DNA of 64,000 nucleotides from Candidatus Gastranaerophilales bacterium (GTDB lineage Bacteria; Cyanobacteriota; Vampirovibrionia; Gastranaerophilales; JANQFW01): NCBI GenBank assembly GCA_028277625.1, contig JANQFW010000056.1, positions 8,536 to 72,535 of the forward strand, read 5' to 3'. Shown piece by piece: positions 63,525 to 64,000 of this stretch (position 1 is its first letter; each line of letters starts with the position of its first letter). The notes under the pieces were generated by a model. It saw only the letters and a program-made list of their open reading frames with translations, ran no database searches and was not told where the DNA came from. The position numbers and the translations under genes were made by a program.

Positions 63525-64000
63525 CTATTATAACTCAACTTACTCTCTTTAATTGTCTCTAAAGCACTATAAGGTACTTTTTCGCCCGCTAAAACAACTC
63601 GATATACAAAACCAGAAGTTTTTATCACATAATTATAAAATTTGTATAAAGTAAATTATGAAACAAACCGACATAAATTAGAAATACTATAGGGTAAAAA
63701 TTTAATAAAAATTTAAAAAAACTTAACATTTCGATTACGGATAAAATTTCAGATAACACTTGTACTTTACACACTTATTAAAGCCCGCAAAAAAAATTTT
63801 TATAAAAACAATCTTTCACGAAAAAAGCAATTATTTTTTTTTTGTGGTTTAAAATAAAAGAGAACAATCTGAAATTACCCAGATATCATTGTAGTATTCC
63901 GGTAGGGGGGAAAGACTTTAGTGACAGTGGAACTTAAGCCGAATTTTAGAAACTCAAGAAATGCTAACAATCTGAGTAATACTGTATACAAACCTCGAGA

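Noticed and set aside
63880-64000. A GC-richer stretch, ATTCCGGTAGGGGGGAAAGACTTTAGTGACAGTGGAAC...CTGAGTAATAC...AACCTCGAGA, that recalls fragments of cobalamin (GGT.AGGGAA) or TPP (CTGAGA...ACCTGA) riboswitches
   Set aside because: Only short partial matches are present. No B12 box and no complete THI box are visible, and the element is truncated by the window end. It is worth a cmscan once downstream sequence is available, but it cannot be supported from this window.

Overview
This is an AT-rich bacterial chromosomal window with a diderm signature: kdsB, a BamB-like PQQ-propeller lipoprotein and an SLH-domain wall protein. The lineage cannot be fixed from this sequence; a Melainabacteria/Vampirovibrionia-like or other uncultured diderm is only a guess. 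Recognisable genes are kdsB, a XerC/D-type recombinase, clpP, ald, glyS, tRNA-Glu(UUC), an M20 peptidase, an AmmeMemoRadiSam-type radical SAM enzyme, a SNF2/SWIM helicase, three ordinary type IV pilin genes and an envelope-glycan cluster (2 GT4, a clan GH-A hydrolase, a WzxE-like flippase, 2 GNAT). Two regions stand out.
(1) 33.5-43.8 kb holds two tandem copies of a three-gene operon (A-B-C / A'-B'-C'). The six products combine a canonical prepilin class III N-terminus (G|FTLAE), a Cys-paired helical-repeat stalk and a C-terminal domain with the fibrinogen-related-domain hallmark YCDM..DGGGWTL. The ~155-nt 5' leaders of both operons look better conserved than the proteins.
(2) 8.1-17.2 kb holds nine co-oriented, mostly individually terminated genes for low-complexity K/G/P/A/S/T-rich proteins without signal peptides. 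All nine are preceded by one promoter-like block with invariant geometry (RCAATT-N19-TATA), and most have a GAGAGA-type leader motif. A divergently transcribed SLH protein with an extreme Cys-Pro/Gln-rich repeat N-domain sits next to them.
Smaller oddities:
- An acidic tandem-repeat protein has its N-terminal ~40 aa duplicated as a free-standing 41-codon ORF.
- The glycan cluster contains a chimeric gene remnant.
- Two paralogous membrane proteins are present, one carrying an HExxH module.
- A 36-codon Q/A/C-rich ORF has its own terminator.
All functional readings of the two main regions are hypotheses. No database search or computation could be run here.
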